DNA of 62,817 nucleotides, filler included, from Basidioascus undulatus (lineage: Eukaryota), in the NCBI GenBank assembly GCA_000826855.1. It is 12 parts of 12 records of this genome, joined end to end, with 100 filler letters (N's around TTAATTAATTAA, not from the genome) between each part and the next. Parts side by side here need not be neighbours in the genome. Positions count along the whole stretch, not along the records: positions 1 to 24,354 come from JTLS01000242.1; 11 more parts are not named here. The stretch is one strand, 5' to 3'. Positions within the stretch are counted from its first letter, which is position 1; every line of letters starts with the position of its first letter. The translations under genes and the position numbers were made by a program. The notes beneath the pieces were generated by a model, which had not been told where the DNA came from, made no database searches, and saw only the letters and a program-made list of their open reading frames with translations. Shown here one piece after another: positions 1 to 12,193 of the stretch.

Positions 1-1570
1 TGCAGCGGGCAGCCTCCTCTAGAGCATCTATAAAGGCTGCGGCGCTCACTCAACATCCCCACACCTCACCATCCGCCCCCTCCCGACCGCTCAAGCGCAC
101 CCGCTCAACCGCCTCTGCGCCCCCGACACCCCCCTCCTCCTCCGTCCGCCACCGCGCACCCAAGCGCGCACGCGTATTGTCCGATCCGGACCCCGCGCCG
201 CGCGCGTCCCGCGGGCGTGCGAGTTTGCTGGACGAGGTGGATGGGGAGAGTGCGGAGCGGGCGAGGGTGGAGGCAAGGGGTCTCCCGCTGGAGGACGAGG
301 AGGAAGAGACTGAGGAAGAGCGGGAGGAGGAAGAGGAGGAGGAGCGTCTACCTGCCCGGTCCCCCGACGACGGGTCGACCACCCCCCCCTCATCCATTGC
401 GCCCTCCCCGCTCTTCTCGCCCACGACCCCCAAGCGGCGCTCCGCCCGTGCGCGTCCTGGCCCACGGCGCGGAGGGGGCGACGTCCGGCATGCGATCCCC
501 GAGAGGGACGAGTCGGACAACGTCTTCCTTGCGTCCGGGCCATCCGCCTCGCGCCCGAGGAGGCGCATCGTTCCTTCGGGGGACGAACCCGAGTCGATCG
601 GTTACGTTTTGTGGGTCCCCCTTTCCCTCGTTCCCCCCTCCCCCTCCCCTTTCTTTACGCACTCCGCTTTCCCACCCTAACCTACAACATCCCTCTTTCT
701 CTTCCTCCCTCTCCGCACGCACCACGCCATTCCTTCATTCCCCCGTTCCCTTTTTCAGGGTCGCATCCGCAACCGCACTGAGCCTATTACCAACCTACCT
801 TGTCTGTGCATCCTTGTCCTCTTTGTCTTTCCTTTCTTTCTTTCGATATCGACAATGATGATGTGTAGCATTTGGAAGCCAAACGTACAATCAGCGTTCT
901 TTTCTTTGGGGTGCGGGAGGGCGTGCGCATGGATGCGTTCTTCACATAATTCTCGCCAGGTCGGCCCATTTACCCCCGTCGATCCAGTGATGCAACATTT
1001 GGATAAGTTTTAGAAATTCGGGCTGCTTCACAATGTACCGCTGGTTATTTCAATCGGTGGTCAGCCCTCGGGTTGCTGCACACCGTTCCTTGTTTCTTGC
1101 CAACACCTCAAGTTCCAGCTTTCTCGGACAAAAGCTAACGTGGAAAAACAAGGACAAGACAAGACAAGAATTTGAGGACGTGCACTAGGCACCGCTCTTT
1201 TAAGTACAAAGAGTAGCCTCCACCGATCGTCCCGCCGCAGTGCAGTCAACGTGCTTCCCAGACTAACTACTCAACCCAACCATCCGCCACGACTGCTATG
1301 CCCCCGTCCACCTCGGGAGTGGCTTCCGGAATTGCCGACCAGCGGACGCAAATGCGCCTGGTGGCCTGTGGAACAGCATGAAGGGCCTCCCTGACGACCC
1401 TCCGAAAGAATGAAATCCTGCCAGCAACAGCTGACCATGCAGAGACGACCTCCTTCCTCCGGTCCCCACCTGCACCACTCCTCTCCAACCTGGGTGCAAT
1501 ACTGTCTGGCCCAACTAGTCCCTGTCCGGATCCTCCTCTTCCCAACAGGGTTCGACCAGGTCCTCGTAAC

Positions 1571-1900
1571 CTAGCCTTCAGACCTTGCCTTGTCAATGGC
1601 GACACAGAGAATTGTCATGTTGTCTTCCATGCGGTGGCCCTTGCGAAAGCCATTGTGCCACTTAGGTATAAGGGACTTCTCCCTGGCCCAGATGGCCAGG
1701 CGGCGTGTAACGAACATGTTCATGAGCTTGAGATGGGTAGATTCCAGCTCAATGATGCACCGGAAATTGGCATTGTCTGCCACCTTGCCATGCTTGGGGA
1801 TCCCAATCAGCTTTGTGAAGAGGGCGGATGGTTGCATGTCCTGTGTTCGTCCTTTCATTTCCAGGCGCGAATCGAGACTCAGTGTGTATTTGAGCATCAC
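1571..1900 (-). mobile_element. Degenerate non-LTR (LINE-like) retrotransposon reverse transcriptase fragment
   Basis: Translation LIGIPKHGKVADNANFRCIIELESTHLKLMNMFVTRRL...LIPKWHNGFRKGHRMEDNMTILCVAIDKAR matches the LINE RT N-terminal motifs (IPKxGK, NYRPIxL, QxGFRxG). The frame stops before the YADD catalytic motif. Confidence 0.8.
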
Positions 1901-2011
1901 TCTTCATAGGCTTGTGTGAAAGAATGCAGTGCGCGTGGAAGATCTCAACACCCTTTTCATCGAAGAACGCAAGTGAACAAAACTCGGAACATGGCGAGCA
2001 TTGGGAAAAAC

Positions 2012-4088
2012 TCAAGCCAGAACGACCTCTGTGATGGACGCCCAACCCCTGTTCGAACCAAGTCGTCAATTAGCAGAATGTCACAATGCGGTGATGCGGG
2101 AGGCTCCTCACCTCGTAGCGTGGACTTCCTTGATCTTGAGCCCCGCGAGCTCGACCATCTCCTGCAGCTGCGGGAGCGTACGCTCGAAAGCTAGGAGTGA
2201 AAAAGTGTAAGTGTCCAGGAAAGTCTCAAACCGTGTTGGTTGAGAGGGAGCTATGAAAGTAACATACCATTGCCGATGGCCGTGAGCGCGACGTTGACCT
2301 GGTGCTGGATGCGGCTCGCCTCGCCAAAGTCGACGGGGACGAACGCCGGGGGAGGAATGGACTGGTAGACGTCCTTTCTCAGTTGCGACAGGGATTCGGT
2401 CAAGTTTCGGCCTTCTCCAGACGATACACCGGGCTGAATGACGGTGTCGATGATGAGAAGCCGGCTCTGTCGGAGCAATGCGCAGAGCCGTCAGCCTCAG
2501 GCAAGAGTGAGGACGAAGCGGGAGGAAGGACAGTATGAGGCGAAGTTGTAACCCACGTTTCCGTTAAGCACGTCCCGGATTTGACTGAGCATCTTCGCAC
2601 CGTCGGCCGTTGACCAATCGTGGAGGACTGCAAAGCGCACCGCAGGTTCAGTCCTCGCCGTTGATAGGCAAAGGGCTGGATGAGGGGTATTTGGAAACAA
2701 AGCTGAGCTTACCGCGCTGCATAACGAACACGTAGTCGCCCTTGCGCTGCTGGGGCTTGAAGAAGTCCTGGGCCTCGAACTTGACGCGATCGGACAGGTT
2801 CTTGGAGGCAATGAAAGACTCGGCAGCCTCGCGCGTTTCGGGAAGATCTTGCACGACGAAGTGCTTGATGTCAGGGTACCTGATGGTGAGCGAGGACAGC
2901 ATAATCGTCATCGTTATCGTCAGCATATTTGTTATAAAGAGAATCATCCAAAACCAGTCGCAGCCACAATATGCCGCCCAACACTCACTTGGCAGCGAGA
3001 GAGCAGCAAAGCGTGCCCTGCCCGCCTCCGACGTCGACGATGGCCTCCTTGCTCTTGGCGATCTCCGCCCAAGGGAAGTCGGCAGCGATTCCCGGGTCCG
3101 AGGTCGGACCGACGGCTCCCATCCTGCCTCAGGAAAACATGAGCCTGGCCTTGACCGGAAAAGAAAGGGATAGCACTAGCGTACGCAAGCCCGAAACGGA
3201 CGGCCTCCTCCGGGTCCTTCGTAAGCCATCCGTCAGCTCCGAAGAAGCCCGCGTCGGTGTCGTATGCCAGCTGGAACGCGCTGTGGAAGATGTCGTTGTT
3301 CTTGCGGAACGCCGGGTCTGGGTGGTTGATGTGCCCGGGGAGCTTCTCGCTCATCTTGGCGTGAAGCTCGTTCCTGGACCACCACCGCTCAGGAGCTGTA
3401 CAAAAGTCGAGGTCCTGAGAATTTGGACTTACATGTAGGTCGCAAGATGCCAGCCCGGCTGGTCCTTCTTGATGAGGTTGCTGAGCCGGTTGTTGGCGAA
3501 GTGGCTCTGCTTCGTCTCGCGGAACCAGCCTTGCGTGGCGATCAAGCGCAAGACCCGCTCTAAGAGATATAGTCTTGCTTTTCAGCCCTGCATCTTAAAA
3601 CTGCAGATTCTTCGGAGACTATTCACCGAGCTTCAAGCCGTCGATATCCGTCTTCTTGGCGATCTCGTCGATGCTCAGGCCCTGCTCCGGGTCCGGGCTG
3701 TCCGCGAGCACATCCGCGAGGCCGATCTCGGCGGCAAGACGGACGCCTGCCGACTCGAGGGGCATGAAAGTGTTGGACGCGAGGCTGTCGTACGGCGACT
3801 GGATGAGGGATTTGAGGAGCCCCTGTCATGCCCGCCGCCCGCGTTAAAAGCCTGCAACCCGTGACGACGTCTCCCAGAGAAACACGTAGTACTGACAATA
3901 CTCGCCAACGCGGTCTTCCGCGCCTCGTACATTGCAGGGGTGGGCAAGTACGTGATATCATCGGTAGGATGAGGCTTGGACGTGTTCAGCGAGGGCTCGG
4001 GCAAGTTCTGGGCTGCGAGCTCTGCCTTGAAGGCGTCGATGGCAGCGTTGAGCGTCACTTGAAGACTGGTGAGCTCCGAGAGTGACAT
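2012..4088 (-). CDS. SAM-dependent O-methyltransferase (fungal Methyltransf_2 family), multi-exon
   Basis: N-terminus MSLSELTSLQVTLNAAIDAFKAELAAQNLPEPSL; SAM-binding IVDVGGGQG; FEAQDFFKPQ; catalytic VLHDW; C-terminal FERTLPQLQEMVELAGL...GWASITEVVLA*. GT-AG introns join the pieces. Confidence 0.9.
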
Positions 4089-4750
4089 TGTGAAGATGTT
4101 GAAAGTAGGGGAGAACGTGAAGGTGGGAAATGAGAATGCAACTCAGCACCGACAAATATCAGGGCCCCAAATACACGTTACACCAGCCCAGTTGCCGTCA
4201 ACTCCGCTGCCATCTTCCCGGATCCTCATTATCCAGCAAACAAGGGTCCCTCGGTGCCATATTTTCGCTATATACTTGGAAGAGCACGGCCTTGGCGCAG
4301 CAGACGATACGGCACGGAAAGTGGCGGCACACCCTAGGCGGATAATAACGGGTTGCCCCTCCGTTCATTTCCTGTGATCCAAATTTTAGACTTTCTCGAA
4401 GCATAAGTGCGCAAGGCAAACGGCCCGACTGTGTCTAGTGGCGGCTCCGTTGGAACGGTGTGCACGGCGTGCGTCTTGCGATCGGCGGTGCCTGCCTTGA
4501 GGATTCCGCAATCATAATAGTTCGCTGTGAGTGGGGACAAACTGGCGCATGTTAGGGAGAGCTTGCGGACGAAAGAACGAAAGACCCAGGATGACCCTCG
4601 TTGCGAACAAGTCTTGTCTTGAGCGACTTGCGGCATCTCATCGGTGCTTCTTCCTCTTGGAGCATCTTGATCTCCATCTTCCCCTTTTCTCTTCCTCCGG
4701 ACCCTTCCCCCCAATTTTTCCCAGGGATCTCATCGTACCCCGTGCTGGTT

Positions 4751-6800
4751 ATGAGTCGCGACTGGAAATCACAAGAGTCGGTTCTTCACTCGAAAGGTAT
4801 GCGTTGTTCTGGTGCTTGAATCTCGCAAGCATATTTCATAGCAGTCATACCTCAACTTCACAGAGATTTACACGGGGTCCAATTTTACCCTAATCGGTGT
4901 GGTACCGCTGGTCTGGGGAAACGATGTTGCTATTCCTGCTCACCCTTTATCGTTGCAGGTCTTTACACTTGGGAACTGCTCCTCACCTCTCATGCAAGTC
5001 AAATTGCTTTCTTCAGTGGTCAGGAAGTCTGACTGATTTAAACCTCCAGTTCGACTGGCTCGTGATTACTGGGTTGGTTGTGCTTCACTCGGGTGTCCGG
5101 ACCTTCACTTTTGAAGAAGCCTTTCCACTCCCAGTCAGAGGCCGTTCCGATGGCCAATGCTTCTCTAGTGAGTACGGCTTGGGGATGTAGATGAGTGTGA
5201 GTGTCAGTGAAAGAATTCCATTTACAGCTACAATGCGCGCATTTGGCCGCTCGTCAACCTGGTAGGGAGACCAACTCTGTCTCGCAGCGGTTCGACTTCC
5301 CTCGCTGATCCCTGTTCGTTGCAGGCTATGGCGTGCATTCACCTGAACACCGAAGTCCCGGTTGACTGCCACGTGAGCTCTGTTTTACCCCATATTTTAC
5401 GTTTGACATGCTCACCATCCGCTCTCTACGCTAGATGGCTTTTCTGTGGGCTGCGATTGCGGCTCTGCCCGTCGCCTGCTGCGCCTCAGGAATCTTGATG
5501 ATGCGGTAAGATTTGAGCGTTTCCTTTGTAGGGCCGGACACTGAATTCGTCCCATGCGCTCCATAGTGCTATTGCTGTTTGGGAGAGACGGTTGATCGTC
5601 GTGATCCCGCTCTTAGTCATTCTACTCGGTCAAGCCGCCTGCTTCGCAGTCAGTGCGTCCTTGGCTTCCTGACGAACGTCCATGGTGAAGCCAGCAAGCT
5701 AAACTTTGAAGAAAGGCTGTGCTCTTCTGAAGGCTCACTGGGACGACGAGAACAAGATCTGTATAATCGATTACTCGGAGCCAAAGGCACCCCTGATTCA
5801 AGTCTTCGCTTTGCTGCGACGCTCGCTGACGGCCCTGTCCGCAGAGCATTACGGGAGACTTCGTCATTACTCTGATTCTGGAGTGCGTGCTCACTGATGA
5901 ATCCTACCTATATCCTTCACTGATGTGTGCCTTTGCAGTGGCATCGTACTCGTGAGCTTCTGGACTTTTCTCATGCTGAATTGGTTGTGCGCTGATGCTC
6001 GTCTTGCACGCGTTCGTTCTGCACAGGCTCTCACCGCTGGGCGTCTCCTCTACCTCTCACGAGGTGCACCGTCCTTCGGGGTTACCCAGATCCTGTTCCG
6101 CGATGGGCTGCTCTACTTCGTAAGTCGAAACGGTAATGCTTGAGCCTGTGGCGGTCTGACACAAGGACTCCCCGCAGGTCGCTACTTTCTTCGTCAATGT
6201 CCTGCCGGCGGTGATGGTACGTCGTAGATCTGGAATTAGAGCAAGAGGGATACCTTTCTCATAATTGAACGGGAGCTCTTCAGGCTATCATCAAACTGAA
6301 CGACATCATGAATGTTAGCACGCAGTTCAATCCTGGCTCGACAGTGCGCTCACGGTTGTCCGGCCAACTCTAGGTTGTCTTTGCTCCAGTACGTACTCTT
6401 ACCTGTAGGAGAGAAAGAGTCTCTCGCTTCTTTGGCTCACAGTCGCCATGTAACAGGTATCTGCGGCAATATCCGCCGCGATTGCTTGTCGCCTCTTTGT
6501 CAAGCTGAACATGTATAACGAACAGCACGGGACGCACAGCGATTTGTGCATTTTCTATTTTGCCTTGATTTGTGCTGAATTATAGAACTCATTTTCAATG
6601 CTGCTACTTTAGGACGCCTAACCCCAGCCGGTCGGGATCGCGAAGCCCGGGGAACCTCTCCTCGCATGCGGGTCGCAGAACTCGACCTCACCTCGGTGGC
6701 ATTACTGTGAGCCCTCCCTCCTCCTCGACATTCAGACGCCGGAGACTGACTCCGACTGTGGTGCATAAAGGTCACGTATGAGATGGACCGGATCGAGTAA
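4751..6800 (+). CDS. Basidiomycete multipass membrane protein (DUF6533-like), many short exons
   Basis: Exon translations MSRDWKSQESVLHSK, YTWELLLTSH|FDWLVIT, RPFRWPMLL, HLNTEVPVDC, ILFRDGLLYF and VTYEMDRIE* follow the pattern I recall for this family (MxDWxS..., EWxxIxGxRxFRWP, LxRDGxxYF). Internal exon boundaries are approximate. Confidence 0.65.
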
Positions 6801-7412
6801 GGATGCCTGAAGCCACTGGGTTCAGTCGAAATAGGCTGCTGACGCCTGCTATTTAACATGTGGACAGAGACAGCGACAGCCAGTACAATCAACGGCATGA
6901 GCAGGTCTCCGATGCGCATTCGTTCAGCAGCTGAAAGCAAACTTTGACGGTTTGGCGTAGCCGTTCTGCGTGGTCCTTCCCCGCCGCCGCTTTTCGTCCC
7001 TCCTTCTTTTAAATTTCGTCTGTACCCTAACGGACGCCAAGTGTTTTGTTCAAATCGGGTTTCGCCCGCTATGGTTTCTACGAAAGAGACTTGCGACGGC
7101 AGTCCGGTGTGAAAGGGAACTTTCTGACATCAATCTGCCGATTCTCTGCCCAACCATATGCGAGGAAGGGTAGAGAGAGCGCGAAAGCGAGGTAAATGGC
7201 TCGAGATTGAAAGTAGGTATAGCAGACATCCAGTGTATCCGCGTGCGTAATGGGAAAGGCATAAAAAGGGTGGGCGACCGGAATGAGAGGAGAAAGTAAA
7301 TGCAGGGAGCGTGACCGGACGCTCCCCGTAAAGCGCCCGGTGGAAAGTAGGGAGCGAGTACATTAGGGAGGGGAGGATTGAGCCGAAGAGAGGAAGGAGA
7401 CGCGAGAGACGA

Positions 7413-8972
7413 TCAGCACTGCGGCAGTAGGTGGTTAGCGTGTGCGAAGGAATGCGGGAGACGTTGGGGGATCTGGGGGGAGGGGAGGAGACGTACGACG
7501 TTGAGGTTGAAGTAGACGCCGAGCTTGACCGCGCCCGAGTAGACGTCCTGGTTCTGCAGCCAGCCGTTGCAGAACTGGTGCAGGTAATCGAGGTTGTCTG
7601 CCGCAAGCAATGGTCAGGTCAGTCAACGCTGGCTTGAGGTGTAAGGAGGTGCCCGGACGTACTCTGGCAGCGGCAGCAGGACGAGGAGGCGGCGGCGGTG
7701 GCCTTGTCGCTGCGGGTTGCAAACCGGTTCAGCTCGAGGACGGGATGAAGTGAGAAGGGAAAGTCGGAGAGGAACGCACTAGGTAAGACCGGATTGCCAG
7801 CCGTTGTACTGCCCGACCGAACGCAGCACCGAGTCAGCTATGATACACCTGACGCCATGAGGAGGGAATGACTTGCCTGGCCGATGGCGAGGAGGATGTT
7901 GCCGCCGTTGCCGTCGAGCGTGTCGCGGAAGAACTTGGCGGCGGTGCGGATGTTGTACCACGGCCTGGCAAAGACCAGCCGGACGCAAGTCAGCATCGGT
8001 CTTCAAAGTTAATGGACACAACGGGCGGTAACGCACTCCTTGCAGTTCCCGCCCGGGGCGTCGCCGCACTTGTCGTGCGTGAGCTGCATCAGGCCCTCCT
8101 CGCCGCCGCCGCCGACGACGTTCGGGTTGCACGTCGACTCCTGCATCGCGAAGGACGCGAGCATGATGGGCGGGACTAAGGGAAAAATTCGGGTGAGCAA
8201 GGGGATGGGAGGGAAGGGGAGGGGACGCACGGCCGAACTCCTTGCCGTACTGGTCGAAGAGGCCGACGTAGTCGGAGCACGCGGTGAAGGGCGAGTTGGG
8301 CTCGGTGATCGCCTGGTCGAGCGCCTTGTACTTGAGGTCGTTCACCGTGACGTGCGGGGGGTTCCAGCCGCCGCTGTAAGTAGCCAAAGTATCGTCAGCT
8401 TCCACTCTCACCAGCACGCACGCTACGCTACTCACTTGTTCAGGCCGCAGTTCTACGTTGGCGGCAAGACGTCAGCGACGGATACTGTGAAAGCAGTTGG
8501 GGCAGCTGCGCACCAGGAAGTCAATGTGGCCGTTCGGGCCCGAGGACGTGGTGATGTCCGAGGTCGCGCGGGGGTCACCGCAGTGGGTGTCGGCGATGGA
8601 CAAGAGGCCCTGGACGCCGGAAGCGATGTGGTCGACGACGTTCTGGACGGGGTCCTGGGATGCCTGACCCTGGTCCTGGGGCTGCTGCCAGTTCTGCGAC
8701 TGCTGCTGCGCGCCCTGCTGGTTACCGCCGCCGTTGTTGTTCCAGTCCTGGTTCTGCTGGCCCTGGTCCTGGTTCCCGTTGTTGCGCGGCTTGCACGCAC
8801 GCTTCTTCTTGGGCTGCCCGGCAAAGGCGCCGTGCGCCGCGGGCGAGCGCTTCGGGTGCGCGTGCGCATGCCGGCGCGCGAGGTGGTTCGAGGAGGCCGT
8901 GTGCGCGGACGCGGAGGGCGCGACGATCGCGAGCGCGACGGCGGTGAGGGCGAGGAGGGTGGAGGAGTGCAT
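7413..8972 (-). CDS. Secreted lysozyme-like/lytic transglycosylase (SLT, GH23-like) protein
   Basis: Signal peptide MHSSTLLALTAVALAIVAPSASA, then a KKKRACK motif and a Q/N/G-rich linker. Catalytic-domain motifs in order: AMQESTC (catalytic Glu, ES), GLMQ, NIRTAAKF, IGQYNGW. Confidence 0.85.
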
Positions 8973-10679
8973 CGTCGTCGGTCAATCAAAGGGAGGGACG
9001 AGGGGGGTTGGGAAGGGGAGAAACGGAGATCTGTTCGGGGGAGAGAAGGCATGGTCAGTCGGCATTTCTCTATGAAAGCGGCGCTGGGGTTAGTGCGTGT
9101 CGTCCTGGACGGGTGTACGTCGAGGAGAGGAGCTGCCCCTGCGGTATACGTTCGCCCCCCCCGCACGCAATTCTCCTGCGAGCGTCGCCCGCCCTAGCCT
9201 GTGCAGCGGTGAGAACAAGGCAGGCATGCTCGGTCGGTGTGCACATGCGAGCGACGCCAGCAGCGAGGACGATCGAGAGGAGCGGGTGAATCCGACCCCT
9301 GAGACAGCTCTATCCAGCCATCGAGTCCCTCCTGCTCTCGGCGGTACACCCATATTCGAAGCCATCCAGCCAGGACAACGGAAGCCCTCGATAATGAAAG
9401 CGACTGTTATGCGACTGCCAGTCCCATAAGAGCATCTGGGGTCGACCGCCTCGGACCGCGGCCGGCTGCTCTTGCGCCTCCCTCGCGCCGCACTCATCAC
9501 GTCCCTCAGCCAGCGCCTACTCACGTTCGCAAGTCTTGCGTGTACGCAATTGAGTAAAGGAGTGTGAGTAAGACCGCTTTGCGGCAAAAGGACTTGGAGA
9601 AAGCAGCGACGGGGGGATGAGAGATCAAGGGGGTGTCGGCCAAAGGCTCGTCCGCCAGAGTGCCTGCAGGCAGCTGGCACGGACGGGGGATGCCCGCCAT
9701 TTCGCGTTTGGACCGTCGCACTAGGGGCACTTGGCCCTGTCTGGGCACTTAGCGTCGATCGCATTGCACTGCACTTTTCGGGAACACGTTGCTCTGAAAA
9801 ACCAGGTATTATTTTTCATGTTTCAGCAGCCGCAGCGTTAGGAGAGGAATGGGAATATTGCAAGCGGAAGCATGGGAAGACAAAGAACATAAAAGACCGT
9901 GGATGAGGACAGGAAAGTCACAAGTCAAACGCGAACGCCTCACCAAGAGCTGTCACGCGTCAGGCTCGACAGTGAGAAGTTCGCATCTCAACCAGCGCAG
10001 TTTTCTCCTCATTGCGTTACTCCTTCGATTCAGGTGTGTGCAACTTGCTATACGTTCCCAAAGACCTTTTTCTGCAGCCTTTTGCCGTGGTAATGATGAG
10101 AGAGTGAGAGTCATTCATCCAGGTGCTCAGGCTCACTTCGATGGAAGCCACTTGGCGGAAGGACTTGCCAGGGATACATGGCCATCGCGGCCTCCTTGCT
10201 AGCGGTTGTTTGAAGGTGCTCACCGCGTCATGCCGATTCTGTCAGCTCGTTGTTGACGCCACGGGGCGTTGGCGGTGTGTTTATTTTATGTACCGTGTCC
10301 GGCAACTAGGTCTCGTTTGTGGATGTTTGTGGGCGCTGCAGGCAGCTTGCTTGTTCGTCTTCCGGCGTCGGCGACATCAACTTGCAACTTGCCAGCAGAC
10401 AATGCACAGATCAGAAAGACCTAGGTACAGAGACTACTGAAACGAGGAACTACTCGTCAAACCGGTGAAGCGACTGCTCCGGAGTCCACATCGCGTTCTC
10501 CGGCGCCCAAGCAACACATGCGCGCAAGCACCCGCAAGAAATAATCATTCTCCGCACCATCTCATCATCATCTGGATCGTTATTCAAAAACAGAGGCACT
10601 TCTCCTTCTCCCTCCCCTCCTTCTCTTCCTCACGCTGCGCAGCAACAAAGTCCGTGGGCTGAGCGGGAAAGCAAGGCGC

Positions 10680-12193
10680 TTAGCGCAGGCGCGTCTTGAA
10701 GAACAGCGCGGCCTCCTGCGCCGCGTCGCCCATCGCCTCGGCAGTGTACTTATCCTCCTCGTCGCCGCTGCACGCATCAAATATGTCAGAATGAGGAGGG
10801 GAGGGAGAAGCGAGACGGGGAAGGGGAAAAAGGCGAGAGGCGTACCGGACCGCGAAGCCGTGGGTGGTGTGGGGGTAGTAGACGAACTGTATGCCGGACG
10901 AGGGGGTGAATCCGGGAAGAGGAAGGGAAGAGTGGGAAGGTAGTGGGGAGAAGGGGAGAGAGGAAGGTGGGAGGAAGTGGGAGGCGGCGAGGGGAGGAGA
11001 CGCACCTTGCTGAAGAACGCGCCCTTCTTCTCGTTGATGACGTGCTCGGCGGCGACGCGCTCTGAAGGTCGGAGAACACGTCAGCTTGCAATTATGAAAG
11101 TATGCAGGGCGCTGGCCGACTCACTCTCCTCCGGGAACTGCTGGTCGACTGCTCGCCCCACCTCAGAAATCATGAGCGCTAGTCCTCTGGGTTGCGAGAG
11201 AGAAGTTCTGAGCGCACCCTCAGCGCACAAGAAAAGGCCCGGCTTCGTTAGATTCTTAAAGTCGTCGATCTCGGTGACGGACGGGTGGGCGAACGCGACA
11301 GCGTCGGCGATGGCCTCGGCGCCGCCGAGGCGGAGCGCGCCGGGCGCGCCCCAGCAGAAGCCGATCGCGCCCAGCTTGCCGTGCTTCGCCTTGATCTCCT
11401 CGGCGACCTTCTTGATCGCGGGCCAGGCGGCATCGCTGCGAGCCCGGAGGGCGAGCTATCAGTAACACATATCAGGGAGAGGGAAGGGAGGAGAGGAAGG
11501 GGGGCAGAGCGAAGAAGGGAAGGAGGCAAAGAGAAGGGAGGAAAGAGGGAAGAGGGAAAGAAGAGGAAGGAAGACACACCGCGGGTGGTGCTTTCCCAAG
11601 AAGCTCATGATGTCCCAGCTCTTGCGCTCCTCGTCGTCGTACGGCGCATGCTCGCCGTCGAAAAAGTCGACGACGTACACGCGGATGTTGGCGATCTCGG
11701 CGTACTTGTCCGCGAGGACGCGGATGTTGTTCAGCTTCCAGCCCTATTGTTCCCGCCCGCCATCTTTAGTTTCTAGTTTCTGCGGAGAGAAGGGGATGGG
11801 GATGGAGGACGAACGAAGACGTCGGGGACGATGAGCAGCGCGGGGACGTTCTCGTGCGAGATCGAGGCGAGGTAGGCTTTGTGCCCAGCGATGGTCGTCT
11901 CCATGCCCTTGCTGTGGATCGCAAGCCCAGTCAGCCTCGTTTCTCCAAGAAGTGGGTGGACGGTGGAGCCAGCGCAGCGTCTTCCTCGAGCGTCTTCCTT
12001 TCACGCGTCCTCCGCTCGCGCACTTCGCCCGTCATCCCACCGACCCGACCTGGATCCCAAGCCGCCGCAGGCACATTTCTCCCACTCCCACTCCCCACCA
12101 GCGCTGACAATCCCCCTCCGCGAGCGCATCAGCGCAGACTCACGGCGTGCCCTTGTGGAAGGTGCCCTGCTTGCAGCACTCGAAGGAAGACAT
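10680..12193 (-). CDS. Dienelactone hydrolase family protein (AIM2-like alpha/beta hydrolase)
   Basis: Start MSSFECCKQGTFHKGTP; YVVDFFDGE; nucleophile elbow GAIGFCWGA; AFAHPS; a late HGFA exon; C-terminus ...FFKTRLR*. Confidence 0.88.

Noticed and set aside
1..860. Acidic low-complexity ORF 177-680 with an upstream TATAAA
   Set aside because: No ATG start and no recognisable domain; I cannot distinguish a gene fragment from TE debris.
8040..9197. Long antisense ORFs (8040-9197 +, 25010-25873 +, 37362-38069 + and similar)
   Set aside because: They are shadows of GC-rich coding sequence on the opposite strand, with no motifs of their own.
2012..12193. Secondary-metabolite gene cluster around the O-methyltransferase and dienelactone hydrolase
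   Set aside because: No PKS, NRPS, terpene synthase, P450, transporter or Zn2Cys6 regulator was seen on this contig.
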